A stretch of DNA of 64,000 nucleotides, from NCBI RefSeq assembly GCF_964204645.1, contig NC_134025.1, forward strand, positions 25,090,299-25,154,298, given 5' to 3'. Position 1 is the first letter of the stretch, and the number at the start of each line of letters is the position of its first letter. A program made the translations under genes and the position numbers. The notes under the pieces were generated by a model. The model was given only the letters and a program-made list of their open reading frames with translations. It was not told the origin of the DNA and searched no databases. Origin of the DNA: Tubulanus polymorphus (Eukaryota; Animalia; Nemertea). This document shows, piece after piece, positions 40,533-53,288 of the stretch.

Positions 40533-43500
40533 TAACTATATTAACAAATAACTATATTACAAATATGTGTTGTCATTTTCATCTTTTAACCAAAGCGAGA
40601 TCTCCAAAAATTGGAAAACGTATTTTGTGGTTAATTCCGACCAGAACGATCACTCAAATTTGCATGGCAGCTACGTTTTGCAATTTACAACTTTACCAAT
40701 CGCAGTACTTGTAGTAGTTATACGTAAATTTTAAACTACCGCTGAAATGGAATTAGTTTCTTGTATAATACGATCAAAATACGTAAGAAATTTCGTACGC
40801 ACACGTGAATATTCATGAGTTTGGAGGCCAATAACGAACTCATTTAGTCTATATTTGCTTATCGACGAACGCCCAAGGACAGCAAACTTACCATTAAAAT
40901 CACTGAAGCCAGATGTCTGAATACAGAAGTTTATACCGAAACCTCTTGATCGGCAAATTTAAGATCGATGTATTTCCTTCACTTCTAACTTGCCTCAAGC
41001 GGTAAACGCGTTGGCAATCCTCTTATACAGAGTATATGCTGTACATGGCGACGTCTGATAGTTGAAAATCTGTCGCGGTAAATCTTCTCTAAGATTTTCA
41101 TTTTAGGGCGTTTTGGCGATTGATACAAACAAGTTCCGGTTACTAGAATTGATTTCAGGAATATGGCCATTGGTTTTCAAATTCTGTTAAAGAAACCATT
41201 CGTTTCTATCGGAATACGAACCTGTGATATCTTGTTATTTTCCCCGATCAAGAAGTCAATGTCCTTGAACAGTAAGGAGTTTCTGAAGAGTGAATCTGAA
41301 TAATACACTGTTGTGTGTTGGTATACACATCATTCACAGAGCGAATCTGTTCGATAACGAACGTTTAAAGCATTCCTCTCGGAGTCCTCTTGAATTCGCT
41401 GCTTTCCTATTTTAGTGACATTGATAGCCGATTGAGCGATATTGATGAGCCGCCGTATAAATTGAACGGCGAATTCCCGCGATCTTTCGGGTTGCTGACA
41501 AACTCCGACGAGGCGCGAGCAAACTCGGCGCGTTTCGAATTACCTCAAGATTTTTCAATCGAATATTTTAGAATTCCGATGAGCGCCGCGCTTTTCGACA
41601 AAATCGACGCCGATATTGCCGGGGAAATAAATCAGCAGGCGAGCTTGATACTCGATACGAAACAAGATTTCTAATCGTTTAGATATCACCGCATCTCCCA
41701 CCTTTCTAATTACGGAAAATTGTTCCACCCGCGCGTTAGTGCAGAGACCAAAAGCAGTCACAGAATTTGTGAAACATACCTCACATCAGGATGTATGGCT
41801 GCCTCTGTGTAAAATCCCCTGCGATATATACCACTAATTATTGTAGTGACATCTAATTAATTGTCAATTAGATTCCCCCTTCTAACTGAGCTTATAACTA
41901 ATGAATAGCGTCACTTGGCAATTTGATGACGTCATATGAGCGTTAATGGAGGCAGCCATCTTTTCTGCAAGGCCCGATGATATGCGTTTGAGCTGTATTC
42001 TCATTATCACCAGTTAACAAAGCATATTTACTTTTGATGGAAGCTGAAATTAACAAACAGACAGCACGTATTGGATTGTAAATCAGTTGCACAGTCGATG
42101 TTAAACCAGGTACATTTGATAAGCAAATACTCAAAATCTCTCATAATTTGACATCTGATATTTACGGCCGATGTCACGAAGGTATAAACTCATACTCGAT
42201 AACGATGATTTCCCCGTGAAACTAACGTGTCACGAGAATGCTAACTAACATAAGAAACATCAGTTATAGAAAACGATGGCGCAAGTTTCATAAACGTATA
42301 TCCAATTACTGTTTTCTCGGAGCTTGATAACTGGTACTTACGTGGGTTAAATATAATGTTTTTTTCTGAGAAAAGTAGAAAACTCTCCCATTGCCGAAGC
42401 TTCGTAATGTTTATTTCGTTCGCAAAAGACGTTTCAAAGCGTAGGCGTACGTTTTCATCATGGGACGTTTTTAGATATTTTGTTCAAAGCGTACCGAAAC
42501 AGACAACCCTGATTCTGGTGAATGGCAACAATATTTGCGAGTACCGCTTTAAACTCAGAGAAGCCTTAAGAATATTGATGATTAAATTTGAAGCGAATAA
42601 TGTTCCATGAGTATCGTAAACGAAGGGTGAGCCGTAGAAGATCATACAATCAATCCAGAATGAAAAAATGTTCTGTTAGAAGTGAATATATTCTTTATAC
42701 AAGCTATACTGAAGGAAACTTGCTAATGTCTGACTTTTCAACTGGAATCGGACACAAATCTATCACGTGGTATTGAGCGATGACTGTGCTGAAAGTAAAT
42801 CTCTACTTTACTTATCAATTTTCCCCATTAATGAAATTTTCATAAATGAAGTTTTAATTCCTAACAAGTTCGTAATAACCAACTTAGTCAGTAAACCTAT
42901 AATATTGACCAACTCTGTAGATCGAACGTATTAACGAATATTAATGCTGTTTATTAATCAACTATTGCCATGGTCGTGATGTGATTCAGTTTGCTTTGAT
43001 AAAGTGAATTATTTATATATACGTATCTCCGGTCGCACGTAAACATAAAGTGGACAATGATGTTGAATCTAATCGTGTTGAATATCATTCATCGTCGGTT
43101 GCTGTAACCACGTTCATTCCCATTTACCAAACAGCGCTGGGTTTAAGATTATTTATCTATTTTCCTCCTTCCATGATCTCACCAGGGTAAAATCACTAAT
43201 TCTACCATGTTGGAGACTTCAAATTAAGCCGCGATCACACGGAAACGATTTGGCCCGGGTCAGGATCGAGCCAAATTTGGCCCGTGCCTAATTAGAGAGC
43301 GCGCTCACACGCAAACCATTTTCCATCCGCCTTCAGTGTCGGCTTGTGCGGGTAAATCATAACCAAGGATGCAACATGTTGAAAAGTATGGAAACAGTCA
43401 TATTTTCTATCTTACCACTCAAAGAGTGCACATTCCTGAAAGCTGGACAATTGGCTTCGACGAATAGATAAGTTGATAAAATTTCGGCTTCCTATAGGCC

Positions 43501-45143
43501 TATCTATAGTGGCGTGACGTCACCTGCGTGTTTCGTCGACATTCGCGATCAATTGGAAGAAAAAATCGACTATCAAGTATCGATGTAAATGGGTTAACAA
43601 ATATTTCTAATGAATCAATCGATCGAACAATATAGGAATACGGAATAAAACATGATAATTCCACGCTCCCGAGCGCAGCTGCAATGATGTTGATAGGAGC
43701 AAATTATCATTCTTGTTCTTGTGTTCGCGGAGACAGCTGTCAGAGCGCGGATTTTGCTGATAAGCGAAAAACTACAACGCAGGGGTTCTTACATGATTCA
43801 TGAATATCAATGCTCCACCCAAAATTTTTAAGTGGACTTATGAAAGGAGAATTAAATGTAATGAATTCTCGTTGGCAATAACGGTAAATATGATATACGC
43901 TTGTCTATAGAAATAAGGGGTCATGGTAATTTTCAAAAAATCGAAATGAAGTTGTTTGGGGTGAGCTAGAAATCACTCTATTTATATATTTGGCCCTGGC
44001 TACTGTCTGAAAAGAACCGCAAAGGATGTTAATAAATAGCGCTTGGTTAATCAACAGGCAAAATCAGAAATATGGTTTTAGTTGTGCTCATTTTCCGGTG
44101 CAGGGAATCTTCGATCAACCAGTGAAGGTCGTGGGGAGTTCAGCAAGTCTGCGGTTTCTTGATAAACAATCGCCTTTGGATATATCTATTTTCTTAGAAG
44201 AATCGTTTCAAATATGTCTGTTATGACGGAAAACTAATAATTAATCGTTTTACTAGTGGTCGAATATCAAGTTTGAAACGACCGTTTGATCAAATGGATT
44301 TGCTCTTAACGCGTATAAAAATGACGAATTGAGATCGTCGCCGACATGAAATTAATTTGTTCGAATGATTAACAAGCAGCTGTATTTTCAATAAAGCCTG
44401 CTAGATCTAGAAAACGGTATACACTAATCACAGCTATTGACTGATCGAGAATTATATCTTCAATGCACGCATTCACCGAGCGTGGGTAGAAATCATCAGC
44501 TTTTCAGTATGAATCTGAAACTAGAGGGGATTTCAATAATGAAATGATGATTTTATTTAAGCGCATTCGAAAGAAATCTTTGGTCCGATTAATCGGCGCC
44601 AGCATTTTATCGGCGATCAATAAGTGCATTTCATCCGATTTAAGGATGTCCGATTTTATCTGTTGAAAGTTCTGTCAATAGTTTGAAGAAAAGAACACAG
44701 AACTTTGGATTAATTTCGAAGTACAAGCCCCACTTCAACGTCGACGTTGTTGTCGTTTAGATTATGATATTGTGGTTATCGATTTTGAAAGAGAAAATAG
44801 AACGTGATGAAAATATCGACGAGAATTCTGAAATCAATGTCACTGTCATCATCACTACAGGCTTGTGAGAAAGCTTTTCGAAATATAAAAAATTGATCAT
44901 TTCACCACCAATGAAAATCAACATCTTCTTCTATAACTGTGGATTAACGAAGCCGAGACTCTGCAGCGCTTTCTAATTAATTTCATATTTTTATCATCGA
45001 TCCGAAAATCGTGGCTGATTATTTTCTAGATAAGTTTCTGTATATTATTTCAGCTGCAAATTCAAAACTGATATAGATATAGGCAATGACCCAATTAAGT
45101 AAAAAGTAACGACTTTGGGCATAGGTTTCCCGGGTAGGATCTA

Positions 45144-45385
45144 TAGGGTCTGATTCAGGGAGGGGTGCACCCCAAAATAGGGCATATCATATAATTAAAA
45201 AGGGTACTCCGAAGAAAGCTCATCGGAAATTATTAACTCAATTTTGAAAATACAGAAAACAAGCTTATGAATTTAAACATTGTTAGGTATCAATTTAATA
45301 TTGTTCATTTTCACGTGAAATTTCAGGGCAATTTGACAGTTTAAGGCGAATGTTCCCCTGCTCCCTCCCCTTGGATCTGCGCCTG
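45144..45385. mobile_element. Degenerate hAT-like MITE related to 2589-2913
   Basis: The termini TAGGGTCTGATTCAGGG and TTGGATCTGCGCCTG resemble those of the 2589-2913 element, and both contain an internal AAAATA(A)GGGCAT. No clear TSD. Confidence 0.45.
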
Positions 45386-47842
45386 GTTTCTCTATGTATT
45401 GGCATCCTACTGCTTATATGGCGGAGCTCTACGACTCGATCATAGATTTCGCCGTTACATATTCGGCTCAACTAACATCGAAAATCATCCTCCCCATAAT
45501 CATAATCCTGAAATATGTCAGACCCAGCTTTCGTGAATAAGTTGTGCCTAATCGTCTTTGGTTGTAACCGACTCGACGGCTGATTCAGTTTCCCTGTTCA
45601 TTATTGACACACGCGCGCTCCGAACCAGGAATTCGATTGCAGAATGAGCGCCATTAAGACCTCAAAATAAAACTAGATTTTGCAAGATTATTTTTGAATA
45701 GCTTTCTTCCATTCCCGGGAAAACACTTCATTTGTAATTGTGAAAATTTAATTTATTCAGAACTTTTTTTTGTGACATGCTTAGATATACTAGCCGTATA
45801 GATAACAAATCTCTCATCAGCTATACTTTCCAAATACTTCGGAGCTGTTTCTTTATTCTTTTTATCAAGAAACTGTAATGCATATGCCATATAAGCCCTT
45901 TCAGTTCATCGGGAAGCCTTTAGAATTAGATGTAACATATGGTTTTGCCACCTTAAACTCCGATAAATCATCTTATTTGAAATATATACACCATGAAATA
46001 TGTTTTCAATAGACTGCTTAAAATGAGATATCGTAGCAATATAACGAGATGACTTGAACGCGGAAATTATAGAACATTTCTATTTGGCTTGTAACACAAA
46101 ACCGATACGTTCCATGTATGATATGTATATACCAGAAAAATTACAAGTAGCTGCGGTGATTTCAATACGAGTTCCGACTCCTACTACCATGTACTACTAC
46201 TACGTACTACTGCTACGTTTATGAAAGAATTTCTCTGAAATCGGATAATTGTATATACGTTATATACTATATCATTATGTACAGAAAATAAATGTCCGCA
46301 ATTCAGTCTGAAAATATGCACATATATCTTACGCCATAATTTTGTGATATGATATTCAGCCGCTCGGTATGACGTCACGAGTTACCGGTAACATCAGTTG
46401 GTTATGCTTGGTCGTAAATCAGGTTAGGTAAAGCAGGGAGGCTGGGTTGAGTTAGGTAGGTCAGGTAAATCCCGGTTTCTCGGGTTTACACACCTGAACA
46501 CACGCCCATATACAACTATAAACAGACAATATCGCGAAATATTTTGCTCGGGATTCTTTAATTTTTTTCTTTTTCATTTGACTATATTTCTCTTAGTTTT
46601 TTAAGATGGCCCTTCGATATGAATTAATTAATCATTTTATTTTTGCCAACCCCTTACCCCGAAAGGGTATATAGTTGACTACGCATTTAGCGCGGAGTTG
46701 AGAGTATTTTGGCGTTAGGCAAATTGAATCACGATAGAGCGAGATACTTAAGTAGAGCGCGTAGGGGCAATCTTATCATGACTTTTGACAGGTTACGCGT
46801 ACAACGAAAAAATATCGTTAATTCAGCGTGTATACGGGGTACCAGCGATGTCAACATTATTTATCGTCTGGTAATAATGTCATCGATACAAACGATGATG
46901 GGATTTTCGGATATTCAACGATCGAACACATTATTACACTAGAGTTGAAACGTGTATCAGCCGTTACCTTCGAAACCAGTTATAAATCGTGACATATATG
47001 CTTCGATCTATCGCAATTTCAGACTCGATTCGCAGATGAAATTGTACTCATATCACGTATATATGTATGTTTATGACGACCTTCCCTCATTAATTTGTCA
47101 AGTTTGCCCGAATAGCCGATAATAACGCTGGTGAATCAGTTGTGGCGAAAATCGTTATGTTAGTCGTTGTGCTTCATGCCGTATCAAATCCTCCACCACT
47201 ACAGTCATCAGGTCTACCTTTCACACTAGGGGCAACATGCTAAAAACGCCACTCAAAATGAAAGTTCATCAGCGCTGCGAGCAATCTAAACAGCGTTGGT
47301 TTTCATCAAGCGACTTTCAAAAATACATAGCCAAAACAATGAAAAAATATATTGTCAGAACGTATTGTTAAAAAACTCAATTATGCTTTGAAAATTAACT
47401 ATTTTCTGATAATTCCATTGAATTACTACTTGATCCGACAATGTTGGACTTTTATTTTCAATTGATGAAACACACCGTTCAGCGAGCTCGATTGTGCTGG
47501 GTTTAATTAGCTCTCAGACGTCGTTAAGAGTAGGCGTTTGTTGATTAAACCACCAAACGAACCCCGTCACTGGCACCTGCTACCCTGCCTTTCGTTCTGT
47601 TTATATCTGTAACATTCGATCGTTAGATAAGACAACAAACTATCAAATTAGAAAATATCGAAAATATAATTACTGTTTTTGAAATGCGAAAATAACCAAC
47701 TGTTTCTGCGTGGAAAAACTTCTTAGTTTCATTCTATATTCTTTCTGTTATACCCTTTCTGTTTGTTTACCAGTTCAAATAGCAATTATTTTTTACCCTT
47801 TTCTTTACTTAATATAGGGATTGTCCATATTATTTATTTGCT

Positions 47843-47985
47843 TGGTAGGTTTGGTTTGATTTGTTTTGAGTCCATTTCCCTCATAAACCAACCTCATCTG
47901 CCAAGAGCGGAGCAGGGGGTTTGATTTTAGATTTTAGAGTTGTGTGATCGGCGGTCGAATTTACAGAATTTTTTGTTTGAATCGA
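47843..47985 (+). repeat. Dispersed repeat copy B
   Basis: Same-orientation similarity to 40379-40532. Confidence 0.75.
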
Positions 47986-49035
47986 AGTACATAATTAGGA
48001 ATTTCGTTTTTTGCTGTTTCTTCTTTTATATAACCCAAATAATGGAGCATATGATTATATGTATCATGCATTTCCGCCAAGGAAATAGATTTGATGCAGC
48101 GATTTTTGCCTGGTACGGTACATCTTTTACACTCGCCGATTAGGCTTAATACGGTACCCTGACGTTTGATCTTGCGCCAGGTTCACTTAATACCACTGCC
48201 TGATGACATGTACTACCCAAAGATGATTATGGAATTTAATCTAGGAATTGTGTTAAGGGAGAGGAAATATACGAAATATCTGTTCACAGATGTAACCATG
48301 TAGCTGTTCTTCGATGAAAAGATCGAAATAACTTACAAACTGACCATCTTTATTGTGTCATAAATGTTGACACTAGATTGAATAAACTGAAATGAACTTT
48401 AAATTCTTATTCTTTAAGTTAAACCTAACGATAAATAGGTCTAGGTGTTGCATTGGGAACAGTATTGCATATGCATACGTTATTTCTACCTGGCATCTTG
48501 AACGTGGTATATATGGCAAGGGTGATGGAAGCTCACACTCACTGAGCAATATTTCTTGCGTGCGTGTGTGTGTGTTTGTCCTTTCGTCACAGCGTATTCT
48601 CCGTTTGACAGAAGAACGCCATAAAAGAGGTTAAATAATTAACGAATGCAGCGAACTAAAAGCAAAGAAGATAAAGGATTATCTTGTGCTTCGTAATGCA
48701 AAGACAATGACCGAATGACTTATAGATATGCGTATGTCTGGATCGTGGATTATACATATAGTACACTCTATAAGTTTACAAAGATCGAAAATCTGTTCGA
48801 TATTCATTAGTCGTCACCCCAAGACCCATGCCAATAGAAAGTCTTTCCATTGATTGATATATCGACAGCTAAAATGACCTTTGAGTTCGACTTCAAAATA
48901 AAAGATGAAATTCAACTGAAGAAATAACCAAAAGGCACAATTTTAATACAATAATTTCTAATAGTATTTTGTGTCATATCTTTTCAGGGCAACGAACAGT
49001 AGCCTGGTGTTCACGACTACTTAATGTGATTGAAA

Positions 49036-50475
49036 ATGAGTACTATCATAGAAGACCCCGGAATTCCGTTGGTAGCTGCCAACGGCGGCTTCAAGAAGTA
49101 CACAGAAGCTGCGGAGGATGAGGAAACTGCGGTCGGGCATCCACCGGCCATCTCGACTCCGGCGCCGTCACGTTTCGCTCGGCGGCGCAAGAACAAGAAA
49201 AACCGCTTCGAAAATGTCGGCCTCCGTTTAGCCAAACGTAAACAGCTATTCGTAAAGCGGAGACTAGTTTGCGATTTGGCGCTCGGCTTTGCGCTCGGCG
49301 GAATAGCTCTAATGATGTTGGAAACGGAACTGTGTTTGGCCAGTAGAAATCAGTCAGAGTACAAATCTAGCATTGTTTCATTAATGCTGAAGTCTTTCAT
49401 TACTATTTCGACGGCTATATTAATCGGCTTTGTAGGTTGGTACCATTACCTCGACATTCGGCTCTACATGGTCGACAATAGCATGGACGATTGGAAACTG
49501 GCGATCAGCTCATCGCGAGTATTCAAGATCATTTTTGAGATGCTGATATGTTGCATTCATCCGTTACCTGGTAATTATGACGTAGTCGTCACGGTGACGA
49601 ACCCTATTACGAAACTGAAATCATATCAGTATGTCGAGGTTGACGTCATGTTCTCGCTACCGATGTTTTTGCGGTGTTAATGGGTTTGCCGTGGTATCAT
49701 GTTAAACAGCAAGCTGTACACCGACGCTTCTTCGCAAAGTTTGGGCGCTTTGAATCGTATTAACTTCAACTTTCGGTTCATCTTCAAATCTCTGATGACT
49801 CTATACCCAGAATACGTACTCACTATTATCATTGTTGTTCTCTTCCTGTTGGCTAGTTGGGCTCTGCGCGTCTGCGAAATGCCAGATCCACTGCATACAA
49901 ACTTTCTAAACGCTATGTGGATAATCGCGATCACCTTCCTATCGGTCGGGTACGGTGACATCGTACCGAATTCAAACTGCGGCCGAGGTATTGCGGTACT
50001 CACCGGAATCTTCGGCGCCGGTTGCACGGCACTGGTGGTGGCCGTCTTGACTCGCAAACTTGAACTCTCCCGTGCCGAGAAATACGTCCATAATTTTGTC
50101 ATCGATGTCGAATTAGACAAGAAGCAGAAACACGCCGCGGCAAATATCGTCAAACAAGGATGGCTGATTTACAAACACAAGAAATACGGCACCGCCGACG
50201 AAAAAAGAATTCGCTATCATCAACGAAAATTGATCAAATCTATCCACGTTATTAGGGAGGTAAAAACTCAACAACGTCGCCTCATGGACAGTGCTGTAAC
50301 CATGGTCGAAATGGCACGCAGCCAGCATAGTACGCATCAGATAATGGCGAACATGATGCAAAAAAATTCTGAAATGAACAATAGAGTCAATCAAATGGAT
50401 CAAAACATCAAACTCATTGACAGCAAGCTTAATGAACTCCATAGAATTATGACGGCTTCGCAACGAAAACCTTAA
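49036..50475 (+). CDS. KCNN: Small-conductance Ca2+-activated K+ channel (SK/KCNN family), single coding exon, with an in-frame TAA at 49678-49680 (nonsense allele, sequencing error, pseudogene or recoding)
   Basis: ORFs 49030-49680 and 49699-50475 are in the same frame. SK hallmarks are NVGLRLAKRKQLF.KRRLVCD.AL..AL.GI.LM..ETEL, MVDNSMDDWKLA, CCIHPLPG, SLPMFLR, SKLYTDASSQSLGALN, the selectivity filter ITFLSVGYGDIVP, GAGCTALVVAV..RKLELSRAEKYVHNF and the CaM-binding AAANIV..W..YKH..HQRK. Splice acceptor TTTTCAG ends at 48987, and an in-frame TGA precedes the ATG. Confidence 0.92.
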
Positions 50476-51168
50476 TTAAAATCTTAAAGGGAATCACATA
50501 AAATACTATCTCACGCAGGATACCAGTGAACTTCGTCTCATTAGTTTATCAACCGTGTAAAGTTCAAAAGCTGTTTCATGGCATTCGCATTAGATTATAG
50601 CTCTGGGAAACCTTATATTGGTTTTTAGCAGTATTAGTGTAGATAATTTAGATTAAATGATAGTGGACGATGAATGCGGATCTCATCATGTTTCTGCGTG
50701 CGAAAAGTGACAGCTCGGTTTTCGAGAAGTTCACTCTCTTCGTCTGTATAGTGTCTGAATCTGACCGCTCCACTGTTCAGGTGGATAAGAATATACCAAA
50801 CTAAATCCTTAGGAATCTGTACGGGGCAGTATTCGCTATAGTGCGTGCGCGCTTTAATATATGAAATATATAGATACATTTAGATCCGTTTGACATATTA
50901 CAGTCGTCGCATACTTTATCTTACCATGATTTCATTTCCAGGAAAAGCATTATTTTTGATATATTAACGAAACCAGTCGTCAGAGGCAAAATATACTAGA
51001 CGATAAGTTATAATTGCGTTTATCCGAAAGATTGTTGAATTTTTAATTTCACACTTCCTATTTACATCCACATTCAAATATATATATACTATTGTCAGTA
51101 CAATGCGATACACGTTGAACAAGAATAACCCAATCGAAGTGACAACAAAATGGAACATGTTCGTTCCT

Positions 51169-51182
51169 GTCACCATGGCAAC
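51169..51182. promoter_or_regulatory. RFX X-box motif GTCACCATGGCAAC
   Basis: Near-perfect palindromic X-box. A second looser site GTTGCCAAGATAC lies at 51695-51707. Confidence 0.4.
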
Positions 51183-52006
51183 TGGGTCTCTTCCGCAACA
51201 ACTGCATCATTTCGCACGGAAGTTTCACTCACTAAAACGGGAGCTGAACTATTGGCTGGCAAATTGTCGCTGTTAGACAAAAACAACCCAGCGTAACTTC
51301 CCCGGTGCCCGCCCGGGGCCCATCGTTCAAATATTCTGTCACTGAATGCCGCGATAGCGGATAAGCTGGATTCATTATTTGGTATCGTTTGTAACCAATT
51401 GGAATTAAATTCGCATTCCGGCCGTTACAAAAACTAGTTGATCTCTAATATTTCCTTGGCTGTCAAATGATGTAATATTTCATAATAAACATCAATAAAT
51501 TCAGAAGGTTTAGAAATGCAGAATTACTTCGAATGAAACGAACCCATATTTCATAGACAACTCTAAAACCTCCGGGGAGGGTTTTATGTCGGTTTGTGGG
51601 CTTATTTACGAACGCGGTTTATGAATAGAAAATTGAATATGATGCGTTCGCTTGCTCGTCGCAAGAAGAATCATAATTTTTCTGCGCGGCCGACGTTGCC
51701 AAGATACACATTTCCTAATTAAGGAAATCAAATTATGGCGAACGAACGTACGGGAAGGGAAAGCGGTGATCCGGGATAGGAAATAAAATTGTTTTTACAT
51801 ATCATGCTGAACTCTAATAATCACATATAGGCAACTCATTAATGATGGTACAATGTTATATTGACCGCTGGTCAATACATTCGATTCATTTTCTTCTGGT
51901 TGCTCATTACTTCGAAAAGTCAGCTATGATTATCAAAGCATTGTTAATACGCTCGAATATAGATTATAGTCTTCTATAACTAAATGCATAGTATCTATAC
52001 TTCCGG

Positions 52007-52083
52007 GGCCGCGGTTTCGCGAAAAAGTTTAACTTCACTATAATTCAGTTTATGACCGTTTAATTTCTTTGCGAAACTAGGCC
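52007..52083. mobile_element. Small MITE-like inverted repeat
   Basis: GGCCGCGGTTTCGCGAAAAAGTTTAAC and GTTTAATTTCTTTGCGAAACTAGGCC form imperfect TIRs. Confidence 0.5.
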
Positions 52084-52971
52084 TTCACCGAAATACATGT
52101 ACAATCAAGAGTTTAAATCAGAAAATTCTATCGCAGTATCATATTTTCTTCTCTTCCGAAAATACCTCATTTCTGATCAGAGTACCGGTAAGAAATTCCA
52201 AAATGTAATACCAAACTCGCTGTAAAATGCTCAATTTAACGATTTTTCTCAGGTTGATTTCTATTTGTTTCCCTTGCACGTTGCCAACAATTTTCGATTG
52301 ATAATTCACGCTGTTCATGGATCGGATAATTGATTGATAATTGATTTAAGTGATGTGACGATCCAGTGAAAAAAGTTGATATCGACGCGTGCTTTAGGGT
52401 CTTAATATGGTAGTATTCGAATGAATCAATAAAGTAACAGTGAATAACTACATACTAATATACAACACTCATACAAAATCGACGTGTGCCCAGAAATCTT
52501 ACAAAACCAGATCAAAAGTTGAGACTTGATAACACCAACCGTGGATAAGTTGTGTCCAAAATCTGAGTTTTGACCATAATAAGATTTTAGACTCTTGAAC
52601 CAGACCCCAAGTTGTGTTCATCGTTGTGTTTGGTTGACCATTTAGTCGCATCATCGAAATATCGTAACGTCACGAAACAAATGTTGTTAATGTATAATAT
52701 ATATATTGTTGGTATCATAACGCATGCGAAGTCCACCGTCATGCTATAAGATTCCATCGTCATCACAAAACCTATTCCATCCTAACTAATTATGATAAAG
52801 AGAGTAAAATATAATCAGTGTTGATTCGTGTTTTGGGTGTTACAGGTAATTATTGTGTTATACGCAAATATTCATAAATATTGAGAGATTATTAACAATT
52901 ATCTTCGCAAAAAAAGATCAGATGCGTTATTAGAAAAGAACGTTTTGTCGATAATATTCGCATATATCGTT

Positions 52972-53288
52972 AAGCCTGTGACAGACGAAGGGATTTTACT
53001 CGGCGGATTGATTTTCGCCCAATTTTGCAACAAAGTGTGTCGAGGGACGCAAACTTTCTAGACGTGCTAGTAAGATCATCGCCGAAATTCAATCGTTGCC
53101 AAATTCGCCCAGTGTGTCACCTCCACCGAATAAATCCGGCAAAAAATACGTACTGAATCATATTGGGATCATTTGAACGGCGAGTGCGACTTGGCACAGA
53201 ATTCGCCTAAATGCGTCAACCTTGGTCTGACGAATCAAATCGCAGGCGATTTATGCGGTGAATGATTCGCCTAGTCTGTCACAGGCTT
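52972..53288. mobile_element. MITE with 15-bp perfect TIRs (possibly PIF/Harbinger-like)
   Basis: AAGCCTGTGACAGAC ... GTCTGTCACAGGCTT, with internal (A/T)TTCGCC repeats. The TSD is not clear. Confidence 0.7.

Noticed and set aside
41390-41674. 94-aa plus-strand ORF with an acceptor-like site near 41414
   Set aside because: No recognisable domain or partner exon. It is more likely CpG-rich regulatory sequence.
46420-46490. GGTTAGG-like tract suggesting an interstitial telomere repeat
   Set aside because: Too short and degenerate, with no run of TTAGGG units.
49674-49709. 36-nt in-frame GT..AG micro-intron that would remove the SK stop codon
   Set aside because: It is much shorter than the other introns here (about 75 nt and up), lacks a polypyrimidine tract, and would delete 12 codons that align with the conserved S4 and S4-S5 sequence. 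It is a likely gene-predictor artefact.
49677-50463. Minus-strand ORFs of 158 and 116 aa
   Set aside because: They are antisense to the SK channel CDS and have no independent motifs.
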